A stretch of 64,000 nt of DNA, taken from the NCBI RefSeq assembly GCF_006345805.1, contig NC_043000.1, forward strand, positions 18,600,001-18,664,000, in the 5' to 3' direction. Source of the stretch: Octopus sinensis. Taxonomy: Eukaryota. Below are positions 25,280 through 37,821 of the stretch, one piece after another. How positions within the stretch are numbered: the stretch's first letter is position 1; each line of letters opens with the position of its first letter. The translations under genes and the position numbers were made by a program. The notes under the pieces are model-generated. The model was not told the origin of the DNA. It worked only from the letters and a program-made list of their open reading frames with translations, and searched no databases.

Positions 25280-26104
25280 ATAATTGAGAAAAAGGAAAAG
25301 ATAGAACCTGATCATTGTTGAAATACATAACCTAGGGGATTAATCGACAACAAAATCGCATTGAGGCGATACAACATTTCTTAGAAAAATATAAGATAAC
25401 AGACACCCTTTCTTTAAAAACAAGATGGAAACAAGAAGATATAGTTTAAAGACCTTTAGACATTTATAAGATCTAAATAAACAGAATAGTGAAATTTACT
25501 GATTGAAGTAAAAATATAAAGGCAAAGCAATTTAGAAGAAAAGAGGAACGCACCAAAAGACAAAAGCAAAAAAGAAAAAAAAACTTGGGGTTTGAATCTG
25601 GATTAGGCCCTATTTTTGTCTGACATTTTATTGACACTGCCTCTACATACATGCAAATACACACCATGGATAGGCCACCAGAGTAGACCGTGTCTTCTCG
25701 AACTAAAACTCACTAAATCAAAAGGGAATAATTTCCGATTCATTCTATAAATGGCCATTTTATGAATGAAATTCAGAGTATAATTATCTTTTATTCTTTT
25801 AATTGTTTCTGTCATTGGATTGCGACCATGCTAGGGCATTGCCTTAAAGGATTTTAGTTAAACAAATCAACCCTAGCACTTATATTTTTAAAGCCTGGTA
25901 CATATTCTACCACTCTCTTATGCCAAACCGCTAAGTTACGGGGACGTGAACAAGCCAACACCAGTTATCAACCTCAACCTAAACACACATATACCTCACA
26001 ACCTACACACACAAACACCTCAACACTCAACCTACACACACAGATAGAAGCTTTGGTAGAAGATACCTTCCTGTTGTTCTTGGTAAATTAACATGATGTT
26101 TATA

Positions 26105-26468
26105 GGTGCAGGAGTGGCTGTGGTAAGTAGCTTGCTAACCGACCACATGGTTCCGGGTTCAGTCCCACTGCGTGGCATCTTGGGCAAGTGTCTTCTGCTA
26201 TAGCCCCGGGCTGACTAATGCCTTGTGAGTGGATTTGGTAGACGGAAACTGAAAGAAGCCTGTCGTATATATGTATATATATATGTGTGTGTGTGTCTGT
26301 GTTTGTCCCCCTAGCATTGCTTGACAACCGATGCTGGTGTGTTTACGTTCCCGTAACTTAGCGGTTCGGCAAAAGAGACCGATAGAATAAGTCCCGGGGT
26401 CGATTTGCTCGACTAAAGGCGGTGCTCCAGCATGGCCGCAGTCAAATGACTGAAACAAGTAAAAGAGT
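26105..26468 (+). mobile_element. SINE-A full length
   Basis: Family match. Confidence 0.85.
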
Positions 26469-26727
26469 ATGTTTCTTCGAAATATGCAGGTTCCCGGGTC
26501 CCCACTAGGTGAAAAGGTGACAGTTAATTGAACCATTTAACTTTAATGCAACCTCTTCACTCCAAACTTTATTGGAAAGCGTGCATCTTCAAGACATCTT
26601 TGAACCACTCACAAAACTTCATTTTTCAGACTGGATCATCATCATTGAGTGCATGGACTATTCTTGGATTGTAACTTTTCCAGTACTTCAAAATGCGATG
26701 GACTCTTGATTTTGAAATTCCTATCTT

Positions 26728-26868
26728 CTACTCTTTTACTCTTTTACTTGTTTCAGTCATTTGACTGCGGCCATGCTGGAGCACTGCCTTTAGTCGAGCA
26801 AATCGACCCAGGGACTTATTCTTTGTAAGCCCAGTACTTATTCTATCGGTCTCTTTTGCCGAACCGCT
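26728..26868 (-). mobile_element. SINE-A 3' part, truncated by (CATA)n
   Basis: Family match; abuts microsatellite 26869-27010. Confidence 0.8.
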
Positions 26869-27011
26869 CATACATACATACATACATACATACATACAAA
26901 CATACATACATACATACAGACAGACATACATACATACATATATACATACATACATACATACATACATACAAACATACATACATACAGACAGACAGACAGA
27001 CAGACATACAA

Positions 27012-27305
27012 GCGTGGTAACGACAGTGTTTCAGTTGACCGGAGCAACGGAACATCTTGCTTGTGAAATTACCATGCAAGTGGCTGAGTACTCCACAGAA
27101 TTGCGTATCCTTAACATAGTTTTCGGGGAAATTCAGCATGACGCAGAATGTAACAAGGTCGGTTCCTTTTTAAATACAGGCGCAACTTATTTTTTGCCGG
27201 CTGAGTGGACTTGAGCAATGTGATATAAAATATCTGATTCAAGGACACAATGCGTTGCTGGGTATTGAACTCACAACCTTACGATCGTGAGCCGAATACT
27301 ATAAA
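27012..27305 (-). mobile_element. Diverged SINE with CORE-like head/body and SINE-B tail
   Basis: Homologous to 57695-58016. Confidence 0.6.
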
Positions 27306-27315
27306 CATTAAGCTA

Positions 27316-27882
27316 TACATACATACATACATACATACATACATACATACGTACGTACATACATACATACATACATACATACATTCATACATACATACAT
27401 ACATACATTCATACATACATACAACATACATACATACATACATACATACATACATTCATACTTACATACATACATACATACATACATACGTACGTACATA
27501 CATACATACATTCATACATACATACATACATGCATACATACATACATACATACGTACGTACATACATACATTCATACATACATACATACATACATGCATA
27601 CATTCATACATATATACATACATACATATACATACATTCATACATTCATACATACATACATACATACGTACGTACATACATACATACATACATACATACG
27701 TACGTACATACATACATACAAACATTCATACATACATACATACATTCATACATACATACATACATACATACATTCATACATACATACATACATACATACA
27801 TACATACATACATCCATACATACATCCATACATACATACGTACATACATACATACATACATACATACGTACATACATACATA
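27316..27882. repeat. (CATA)n tetranucleotide array
   Basis: Direct inspection. Confidence 0.95.
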
Positions 27883-28204
27883 GTGCAAGATAGATATATA
27901 AGATGTATGTATAACACACGCGCGCGCATATACACGAACGCGCACACGCGCACACATACACGCGCTTTCTTCCTTTCCTTTTACGCCCACATTTCCGTGT
28001 AGCATACGTTGAGCATATACTTATTAATAAGGTACTGACATACAGACAGGTACTTTTGTTTGTTACAAACCATTATCTACTGTTCTAATAAAGAAGTTTT
28101 AGTCTCCTAACCTTTGAAAATCCATTGCTAGAGAATGATATTTTGACAAACAATGTCAGCCAACACCACTGGTTTTTAGTTCAATGCTTTCATAGAAAGC
28201 ATAG

Positions 28205-28572
28205 GGAGGCGCAATGGCCCAGTGGTTAGGGCAGCGGACTCGCGGTTTCGATTCACAGACCGGGCGTTGTGAGTGTTTATTGAGCGAAAACACCTAAAGC
28301 TCCACGAGGCTCCGGCAGGGGATGGTGGTGATCCCTGCTGTACTCTTTCACCACAACTTTCTCTCACTCTTACTTCCTGTTTCTGTTGTACCTGTATTTC
28401 AAGGGGCCAGCCTTGCCACTCTCTGTGTCACGCTGAATATCCCCGAGAACTACGTTAAGGGTGCATGTGTCTGTGGAGTGCTCAGTCACTTGCACGGTAA
28501 TTTCACGAGCAGGCTGTTCTGTTGATTCGGATCAACCGGAACCCTCATCGTCGTAACCGACGGAGTGCTTCC
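28205..28572 (+). mobile_element. SINE-B with TSD
   Basis: Family match; agaaagcatag on both sides. Confidence 0.9.
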
Positions 28573-28627
28573 CCCTTCAGAAAGCATAGAAAGTAAATAT
28601 TCATATAGATCCTCTCCACCAAAGACA

Positions 28628-30292
28628 TACGAAGATCGGCTGAAAAGTTCATAGGCTGACCAAAATACTCTCATGAAATTTGACCAAATGAGGTTTATTT
28701 TTCAACATAGTCCCCCTTGCGGTTCACACTTTTCCATTGGTGTTGCAGTGCTTGAATCCCATTGATGAAGAGGCTTTCATCCGGTTGCTCAGAAAAGCCA
28801 TCAACATATGATGATGTCATCATCACTGCGATACTGGTTCCTAGCGAACGGGTTTTTTTTAATGTTGGGGAACAGAGGATTGTCAGATGGGGCCAAATCA
28901 AGAGAATAAGGACGATGATGAACCAGTTCAAAGCCACATTCACGCACAGCAGCCATTGAAACCAAGAACTTGTGTGCGGGAACCTTTTTCCAGATGAAAC
29001 AAGACCCATTTCGCCAGTTTTCCTGGGCGTTTGGTTTTCATAGCCTTTCGTAACTGCCTCAGCAATTTGGTATAGTACTCGCCTTTGATGGTGTAGCCCT
29101 TTCGAACTTTTGAAGATAGTCAAATAAACTTTGCTTTTTGATCCTTAAAAGCTGAGGCCATCACCTTCCCTGAAGATGAAACAACCTCGGCCTTCTATGT
29201 GGAAGCACTCCGTCGGTTACGACGACGAGGGTTCCGGTTGATCTGATCAACGGAACAGGCTGCTCGTGAAATTAACGTGTAAGTGGCTGAGCACTCCACA
29301 GACACGTGCACCCTTAACATAGTTCTCGGGGATATTCAGCGTGACACAGAGAGTGACAAGGCCGGCCCTTTGAAATACAGGTACAACAGAAACAGGAAGT
29401 AAGAGTGAGAGAAAGTTGTGGTGAAAGAGTACAGCAGGGATCACCACAATCCCCTGCTGGAGCCTCGTGGAGCTTTAGGTGTTTTTCGCTCAATAAACAC
29501 TAACAACGCCCGGTCTGGGAATCGAAACCGCGACCCTTTGACCGCGAGTCCGCTGCCCTAACCACTGGGCCATTGCGCCTCCGAGCAGGTGAGAAGGGAA
29601 ACTTCCACCTCATCGATCGTCTCTTTTCTCTGACTCAAAGTGACGAAGCTAACACTCATCCTGGGTTAGGAAGCGTTTAAGGAAACCAGCTGGATCTGCA
29701 CCAGACAATGTCAGATTTTCCTGTGATGCGATCAGCCTGGTGCGCTTTTGATCAGGTGTCAGAAGAGGTGGCACCTACCGAGCAAAAACCTTGGTCATGA
29801 TGAGTTCGTTGTACAGAATATTCTCAACTCTCTTACGTTATGCTGATAACATTGGCTATTGATTTATTGTCAATCGTCTGTCATTCATCACCATGTGGTG
29901 AACACGATCAATGTCTTTCTCAGGGGTGACAGAAGCAAGGATCATATACAAGATCTTCCCTCTCTGTCTTAAATTCAGCAGCCCACTTTTGAACTGTTGA
30001 TAAAGCTGGGGTGTCATCCCCTAATGCAGCAACCATGTTAGCATGAATGTCGTAGGGGGCTAAACCATTTTTCTGCTAGTATTTAATAACACTACGCGCC
30101 AAATTTTGCCCATTTGAAAGAAAAGTCGCTACAAGTTACTTTTGAAGTCTTCTTTGAACAGCCAGATCAGATCATCTGGAGAGAAACAATGCAGTTATTA
30201 ATAAGTAGAGCTGAAATGAATGTGTGTAAGATTTCACAGCTCGCACATCACTCCTTTATAGTCAGCCCATGAACTTTTCAGCCCACCCTTGA
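28628..30292 (-). mobile_element. Decayed mariner transposon (irritans-like), interrupted by SINE-B
   Basis: TIRs gctgaaaagttcataggctgac / gtcagcccatgaacttttcagc; minus translation DRRLTINQIA..VPPLLTPDQKR..RFLTQDE..GKVMASAF and C-terminal NGIQALQHQW..GDYVEK; stops and frameshifts. Confidence 0.85.
29200..29582 (-). mobile_element. SINE-B nested in mariner
   Basis: Family match. Confidence 0.9.
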
Positions 30293-30322
30293 AAATGCAT
30301 ATGCACAAGTACATACATGCAT

Positions 30323-30367
<45 letters not shown>

Positions 30368-30404
30368 GTGTCTGTCTGTTGGCTTGTTTGTCTTTACCTT
30401 TTTC

Positions 30405-30822
30405 TGATGCCATACAAGCAGGAGAACCCAGTCATGGCTGTCAGACAAATTTCTGCAACCACATCACCCCTAACGTTTGACCACTTAACTCACCAGACTG
30501 CAACCCTCTTGAATATTATGTGTGGGACGCAGTTGAGCAAAAGACCAGCAAAACTCCTTGTAATAGCAAACATGAACTGAAGGCAAGGATTATGACTGCG
30601 TTCACCAACTTAAGCAAGGAGACTGCCCAGAAGAGTTGTAGGAGATTCTGAAGTAGTTTGGAGGGCGTGGTTGAAGTCAATGGCGATTTTATTGAATAAA
30701 TTTACTCTTTAGTATTTCAAGATGCTTTTCTGTAATTTTGGTAAATTTATCAGTTAAAATGAGCTGTCAGTGTTATCTTCATTTTAGCGTAATTTAGACA
30801 ACAATATATTCACCGCACCCTG
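30405..30822 (+). mobile_element. Tc1/mariner-superfamily (maT/DD37D-like) 3' fragment
   Basis: NSPDCNPLEYYVWDAVEQKTSKTPCNSKHELKARIMTAF...VVEVNGDFIE*; ends in a caccctg|TA TIR. Confidence 0.7.
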
Positions 30823-30847
30823 TATTTGTATATATATATATATATAT

Positions 30848-31012
30848 GGGAGTGGCTGTGTGGTAAGTAGCTTGCTACGAACCACATGGTTCCGGGTTCA
30901 GTCCCACTGCGTGGCACCTTGGGCAAGTGTCTTCTGCTATAGCCTCGGGCCAACCAAAGCCTTGTGAGTGGATTTGGTAGACGGAAATTTAAAAGGAAGC
31001 CCGTCGTATATG

Positions 31013-31062
<50 letters not shown>

Positions 31063-31288
31063 GTATATATAGGTATGCGTGTGTGTGTGTATGTCTGTGT
31101 TTGTCCACCCAACATCGATTGACAACCGATGCTGTTGTGTTTACGTTCCCGTAGCTTAGCGGTTCGGCAAAAGAGACCGATATAATAAGTACTAGGCTTA
31201 CAAAGAATAAGCCCTGGGGTCGATTTGCTCGATTAAAGGTGGTGCTCCAGCATGGCCACAGTCAAATGACTGAAACAAGTAAAAGAGT
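30848..31288 (+). mobile_element. SINE-A full length
   Basis: Family match. Confidence 0.85.
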
Positions 31289-31411
31289 ATATATAAGAAA
31301 TTTGCTTCTCAACCACATGGTTCTGGGTTCTGGGCAAGTGTCTTCTACTATAGCCTCGGGCCAATCAAAGCCTTATAGATATGCTAGACGGAGACTGAAA
31401 GAAGGTCGTCG

Positions 31412-31456
<45 letters not shown>

Positions 31457-31974
31457 ATGTATGTATGTATGTATGTATATACTACATGTGGAAAACCGGT
31501 GTGCATTTGTTTGTGGCTGTTAGCTAACTCCTCCTATATAGTTTTATTGATTTTGATGAAACTTGACAAGTGAGTAGAACTCATGTTTGGAAACCTCGCG
31601 ACATGCTTAGATTGTTGAAAAAATCGATAATACAGCTCCTGGAATGGATCTGTATATCTACCTCATATAACAATTTTTTAAACACTCTAGGGAAATAACC
31701 CATAGCACCTGCACAATGTTTTTTTAAACACTCAAGGGAAAAAACCCATAGCACCTGCACTGACAGTTGTTAGTTTTTAACGAAGCGATCAATATTTGAT
31801 TCTCACGATCAGCGGACCTAATTCTGCATTTCACTACTCACAGTTTTGAACTGCTAAACATTATTATTGCACTTCCTTGATTTGAATCTTAAATCTTAAA
31901 GACTTCATTCTTACATTTCTATACATACATACTTTTTTGAATGTTCATTACTCCAATAATTTCATAAATAAAGA

Positions 31975-32700
31975 ACTTTCTTTAATCATTTCTCCACTGG
32001 CGAAGATTGGAAGGAGTCCTTTCTGTAATATGCACACATATATGTCTGAATTTATGTTTTCCTCGCACTCAACCAGCTCTGATTGACCATTGCTCTAAAT
32101 TGCTCCCCAGATCATCACAGAATAGCCACTGTGGTTCATTGTCGGCTGTAATATTTTTACGTCAAATTCTTGATCACAGAGTCTCCAGACCCATACTTGA
32201 CCTCTTTCAGAAAATACAGCAAATCTGGACTCATCATAGAATATGACAGTGTCATAAAATGCTAGTGACTTCTCCATCATCTCACTGGTCCGATCTTTTC
32301 TCCTTTTGATATTGGCTGGTCAGAGATGAGGCTTCCTTCTTGTTGCTCTGCCATAGCAGCCAAGTTTGTGGAGATACTTGACAGCTGTTCTGGGATTGAC
32401 ATAAACTTACTCTGCTATGTCAGAAGCGTAGCAACACTTCTCTTAACAAAGCGAAAGATCCTGTCAGAGGGCCCTGGCCGACCTGGGTGAGGTGATGCGG
32501 GCTCCTTCCCCTCTCTGGTGAATTGCACAATCACTCAATAACGTGTAGAAAGCGTTATTCCATGGTTTTCTGCGATTTTATGCCATGTCACCTAGCAGAT
32601 TGACCTACAATATGCCTTCTTTGAAAGTTAGACAGTTCCAAGGCTTCTTTTATACGTGGCATGATTAAGCAGTCACATACAAAACCTGAAACATAGAAAT
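31975..32700 (-). pseudogene. Tc1-like transposase, decayed
   Basis: GRATRRKPHL..KRRKD..TVIFYDESRF..GQVWVWR..QPTMNHSGYSVMIWGAI..ELVECEENINSDIYVCILQKGLLP; stops and 3' truncation. Confidence 0.85.
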
Positions 32701-32867
32701 GTTAATTAATAAAAAATATAAACCTTTTCAAGTAAAAATAGTCACCGAAGCGTGTGTGTAAGTCACAAGAGTGTATTAAGAAAAGTAAATAAATAAAAGT
32801 AAGGGCAAAGGGAAGATCATGTCGGGAAAATATAAGGAGGGAGCTACAAATATATTAGTATTTAACA

Positions 32868-33121
32868 ATTCTGTTGTGTCTAGGGACAGTCATTTTCTTT
32901 TTGTGCCTTATAATGTAACACACTCACCGGTAACATTTCCACTTATTTCTTGTTTTTATTTTCCTAAAATTTTCTGTCTGAGTCAAGACTATTGAAAAGG
33001 TTGCAAGACGCAACGAAAATTTTAGGAAAATAAAAATAAGAAATAAGTGGAAATTTTACCGGTTAGTGTGTTACATTATAAGGCACAAACAGAAAATGAC
33101 TTTCCCCAGACACAACAGAAT
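32868..33121. repeat. Long palindrome (~107-bp arms, 40-nt loop), probably a Penelope-like element terminus
   Basis: Arms 32868-32974 and 33015-33121 are near reverse complements. Confidence 0.75.
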
Positions 33122-34225
33122 ATGCTTCAACACACGAACTCAAATAAAGAATCTTGCAAACCAAATCCAAAAACGAAATATTTAACAATTATTTAACTAA
33201 AAATACAAGTGTTAGAGACTGAAATATCACATGTAATTAAAATGTACGATATCAAACTATGGATAAAACTGAAAAATTTGAGAGAAGTAAAAGTAAATCA
33301 CTATCTAATCAGGAAAGAACATATTGATCTATAGTAAAAAGAAGCCTTTTTGAAAAATCAAAGTCAGAAAAAGGTGATCGCGTGCTGTTATCAGTTCAAA
33401 TGATGGTGACTATTCTGTTCTGAAGTTTTGATAGACTATAGTAACTGTAGATAAGGTCTTCCAGTTTTAACAATGAACCAAGTAACATTATAAGGGATAT
33501 TATTGTTCTTGAGATAGCGTATATAATTTGTTAATGGAATCTCTCTCTCTCTCTCTTTTTCTTTTTTTTTCATGATCCCTTTTGATCGTGATTCGCCCCC
33601 TTTTTTTCTTCCCTTCTTCCCAAAAAGAAAAGCTCTACTTTGTATTTTGTCCTTTCTGTGTTCAACCCTGCATGGCCAATAAAGAAATCTATCTATCTAT
33701 CTATCTATCTAACTATATAAATTGGAACAAAGACGCATTAGAGGACAATAAAACATCCGGACAGATAGACGATGCAAAGGTGGATAGGAAAAACAACAAA
33801 AAGGGAACAGGAAACTGTAGACGGGTCATTCGTGGTCTTCTTTCATCAGTCAAGTTTCCAGATTGTCCCTACAGTTTTGGGCAGTGACACTTGAGACTGT
33901 TCAAATCTGGTTGTCCCCCAAAAGTCTAAGCTAAGAGCATTAAATTTTTTGTAAGAAAGGAAGTGAATGTGTACGACAAGAAAGACAAAAAAAACCCAAC
34001 AAAAAACAAAACAAAACAAAAACTGGACAACATGTTATACAATAACAAGTACAAACAGCAAGTGTCTTTCGATTAATGAGGACGAATCAAATTGAGCTGG
34101 CGTGTATGGAGTGAAAGCCTTGAGGCAGGAACATAGGAGATGGACATAAGAGATGTTGGCAGTCGACAGTCAAGACTAGAAAGATCGTCGCTGGCCGAAC
34201 ATATGTATGTATGTATGTATGTATG

Positions 34226-34268
<43 letters not shown>

Positions 34269-34524
34269 CAAATATTACTTATATAAATATAAATTACATA
34301 TTGTAATTATTTTATTCTCTAGTTCTGATGACAAATATGCTAAAAGTTATGATGGAGTATCCCGTATGCTGAAAACCTATATGGCCCTATGCGTCCGAGG
34401 AGAGCAGTTTATTTCCAATTGATGTAATGTTTGCATTGATCGATTAAATGGAGCCGCTTGAAACGGCTGTAAAGCACTAATACTTGGATATCCTTGTTAC
34501 TTAATTGCTTCTTATTCACCTAAG

Positions 34525-34567
34525 TTCGAAGTGTGTGCACAATACTGGACTGACTTGGTGCCTCAAC
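34525..34567 (+). CDS. Candidate micro-exon (FEVCAQYWTDLVPQ or SKCVHNTGLTWCLN)
   Basis: ttgcttcttattcacctaAG acceptor, strong AAC|gtaagt donor, two open frames. Confidence 0.25.
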
Positions 34568-34602
34568 GTAAGTACCTAATTCAACTGAATCTTGATTATT
34601 TC

Positions 34603-34636
<34 letters not shown>

Positions 34637-34638
<2 letters not shown>

Positions 34639-34830
34639 GGAGTAAACACATAAATGTGAAACAAGGTGGAAAAAAGGGTACTCAAATACCAGTGGTAGAG
34701 TAATATGCTTTATTTAAAGCAGCAGAAAATTCAACAAAACCTGTTGAAAAACTGTCCGATGAATGGCAACGCGAAACTCAGAGTAACAGGTTTTGTTGAA
34801 TTTTCTGCTGCTTTAAATAAAGTACATATA
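34637..34830 (+). mobile_element. Penelope-like element terminal fragment with inverted repeat
   Basis: 38-bp inverted arms (34708-34745 / 34785-34823) enclosing a hammerhead-like core, a layout known for PLE pseudo-LTRs. Confidence 0.55.
34747..34794 (+). ncRNA. Degenerate minimal type I hammerhead ribozyme fold
   Basis: Stem I ctgt/acag; core CCGATGA (U4C); stem II atg-GCAA-cgc; GAAA; stem III ACT-cag-AGT; GUA cleavage triplet. Confidence 0.5.
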
Positions 34831-35464
34831 TATATAAAGTACATACATATATACATACATACATACGACCTCACTGGTGCCAAGCTATACCAGTCATTAC
34901 CTGTCCTTTGGATACCATCGGTGGCGCGTAGAGAGGAGGCTGACGTGCGTAGGCAACTGCAGACCTTCCATAAAGAACCTTGCCTACACTCGTGCCTTGC
35001 AGAGGACCTTTCTAGGTGCAATCCCATGGTCATTCGTGACCGAAGGAGGTCTTTACTTTACTATATATATATGTATATATATTATATAGGCTCGCTTTGA
35101 GAGTTGCATTCCCTCGCGTTCGGTACAAAATGTATTTATTATGGTAGTTCTGACTTTAAGAGTCCCTCCTACGGTGAGGCATTTATGTATAGTAATGCCT
35201 TTAATATAAATAAATATATTTAAAGGGAATAATTAATGAATTTTTCTCTTATGAGTTTTTTTACGCTAACTACTTGATAATTTCTTATAAAGATTTTATC
35301 CTATTTTAAAATTATATATATATATATATATATTGATAAAAATGGTAAGACAACAAAAGAATGAAAGAGACCTCGATATTATGTAAACAGAGGAATTTAT
35401 CTGTAAATGTAATATGTGACAATTATTCGGTAGCCATGATTCGCGTAAGCACGCATGTCCATAT

Positions 35465-35830
35465 ACTCTTTACTCTTTTACTTTAATCGAGTAACTCGAC
35501 CCCGGGACTTATTCTTTTGTAAGCCCAGTACTTATTCTATCGGTCTCTTTTGCCGAACCGCTAAGTAACGGGGACATAAACACACCAGCATCGATTGTCA
35601 AGCAATGCTAGGGGGACAAACACAGACACACAAACGCATATATATATACATATATATACATATATACGACAGGCTTCTTTCAGTTTCCGTCTACCAAATC
35701 CACTCACAAGGCTATGGTCGGCCCGAGGCTATTGTAGAAGACACTTGCCCAAGGTGCCACGCAGTGGGACTGAACCCGGAAGCATGTGGTTGGTAAGCAA
35801 GGTACTTACCACACAGCCACTCCTGCGCCT
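35465..35830 (-). mobile_element. SINE-A full length
   Basis: Family match. Confidence 0.85.
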
Positions 35831-35941
35831 ATATATATTTGTAATATATTTTAGGCCTTGAAGAATCTTGAATTTTCCGTATCTTCTATCTTCATTTATA
35901 TTTATTTTTCATTTATAGTTATTAATTTTTTTATTTTGAAA

Positions 35942-36337
35942 CTAGCAGTATCGCCCGGCGTTGCTCGGGTTTGTAAGGGAAATAACTATATAAGCATTTT
36001 TAGAGAGTTATAGCCAAAAAATAGCAAAAAAATGCACTAAAAATGGAACAAAATGATGGTAAATTTTTTTTTAATCGTTGACTCATCGTAGACATTTTTA
36101 GAGAGTTACTTCCCTTATATAATAGCGAAAAAATGCATTAAAATGGAAAAAAATTATGGTAATTTAAAAAAAAAATCGTAGACTCATCGTAGACGCGCGC
36201 TAATACCCAGAAGGGCTCGATATGAATCACGACTATAAGATACCCGGTTTTGGTTAAACTGCACCGCAAAATGTGGGAGTAGTTAGGAATCTAAATCGTA
36301 GGAGACAGACACACAACTTCTCTTTTATATATAAAGA
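35942..36337 (-). mobile_element. Non-autonomous Helitron H1
   Basis: TC...CTAG termini in an A|T site, subterminal hairpin, 2 internal units. Confidence 0.85.
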
Positions 36338-36409
36338 TGTGACTAGCAGTTAAGTTGGTGTTAATCTTTTCTGTTCGATATCCTTATCACATAAAAAAGG
36401 GGGGTAATT

Positions 36410-36770
36410 GGTGCAGTCGTGGCTGTGTGGTAAGAAGTTCTCTTTCCAACCATATGGTTTCAAGTTCAGTCGCACTTAGTGGCAGTTTGAGCAAGTGTCT
36501 ACTACTATAGCCACGAGCTGACCAAAGCCAGCCTTGTGAGTGGATTTGGTAAGCTGAAACATGAAAACAAGTCCAGTCCTCCACCACTGCTTGACAACCG
36601 GTGTTGGTATGTTTACGTCTACGCAACTCAGCGGTCCGGCAAAGAGACACCGATAGAATAAGTACCAGACTTACCAAAAAATAAGTACTGGAGTCGATTT
36701 ATTCAACTAAAAGTTCTTCAAGGCAGGGCCCCAGCATGGCCACAGTAAAATGACTGTAAAGGCAGAAGAT
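36410..36770 (+). mobile_element. SINE-A (diverged)
   Basis: Family match at lower identity. Confidence 0.65.
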
Positions 36771-36883
36771 AAATCCAGAAAGTTTACGGACCGCAGCTTG
36801 ACTGAGATAACACTACCAAGGTGAGATAACCACAACCAAGATGGGATAACTCATTTATTACCATAACACACTACGATATTGTC

Positions 36884-37821
36884 ATATTTATTTCTTTATT
36901 GCCCAGAGGGGGCTAAACATAGAGGAGACAAAGGGTTTAAGTCGATTATATCGACTCCATGGCGCAACTGGTACTTATTTAATCGACCCCGAAAGGATGA
37001 AAGGCAAAGTCAATCTCGGCGGAGTTTGAACTCAGAACGTAGCAGCAGACGAAATACCTATTTCTTTACTACCCACAAGGGGCTAAACACAGAGGGGACA
37101 AACAAGGACAGACAAATGGATTAAGTCGATTATATCGATCCCGGTGCGTAACTGGTACTTATTTAATCGACCCCGAAAGGATGAAAGGCAAAGTCGACCT
37201 CGGCGGAATTTGAACTCAGAACGTAGCGGCAGACGAAATACCTATTTCTTTACTACCCACAAGGGGCTAAACACAGACAGGACAAACAAGGACAGACAAA
37301 TGGATTAAGTCGATTATATCGATCCCAGTGCGTAACTGGTACTTAATTTATCGACCCCGAAATGATGAAAGGCAAAGTCGACCTCGGCGGAGTTTGAACT
37401 CAGAACGTAGCAGCAGACGAAATACCTATTTCTTTACTACCCACAAGGGGCTAAACACAGAGGTGACAAACAAGGACAGACAAATGGATTAAGTCGATTA
37501 TATCGATCCCGGTGCGTAACTGGTACTTAATTTATCGACCCCGAAAGGATGAAAGGTAAAGTCGACCTCGGCGGAATTTGAACTCAGAACGTAGCAGCAG
37601 ACGAAATACCTATTTCTTTACTACCCACAAGGGGCTAAACACAGAGGTGACAAACAAGGACAGACAAATGGATTAAGTCGATTATATCGATCCGGGTGCG
37701 TAACTGGTACTTAATTTATCGACCCCGAAAGGATGAAAGGCAAAGTCGACCTCGGCGGAATTTGAACTCAGAACGTAACGGCAGACGAAATACCGGCGTG
37801 CTAACGTTTCTGCCAGCTCGC
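36884..37821 (-). mobile_element. SINE-C with five tandem 184-bp body units
   Basis: gaaatacc recurs at 37051, 37235, 37419, 37603, 37787 (184-bp period); single head at the right end. Confidence 0.9.

Noticed and set aside
36884-37821. CRISPR-like or retrozyme-like array
   Set aside because: Units are contiguous with no unique spacers, and the context is eukaryotic. I found no CUGANGA/GAAA hammerhead core in the 184-bp unit.
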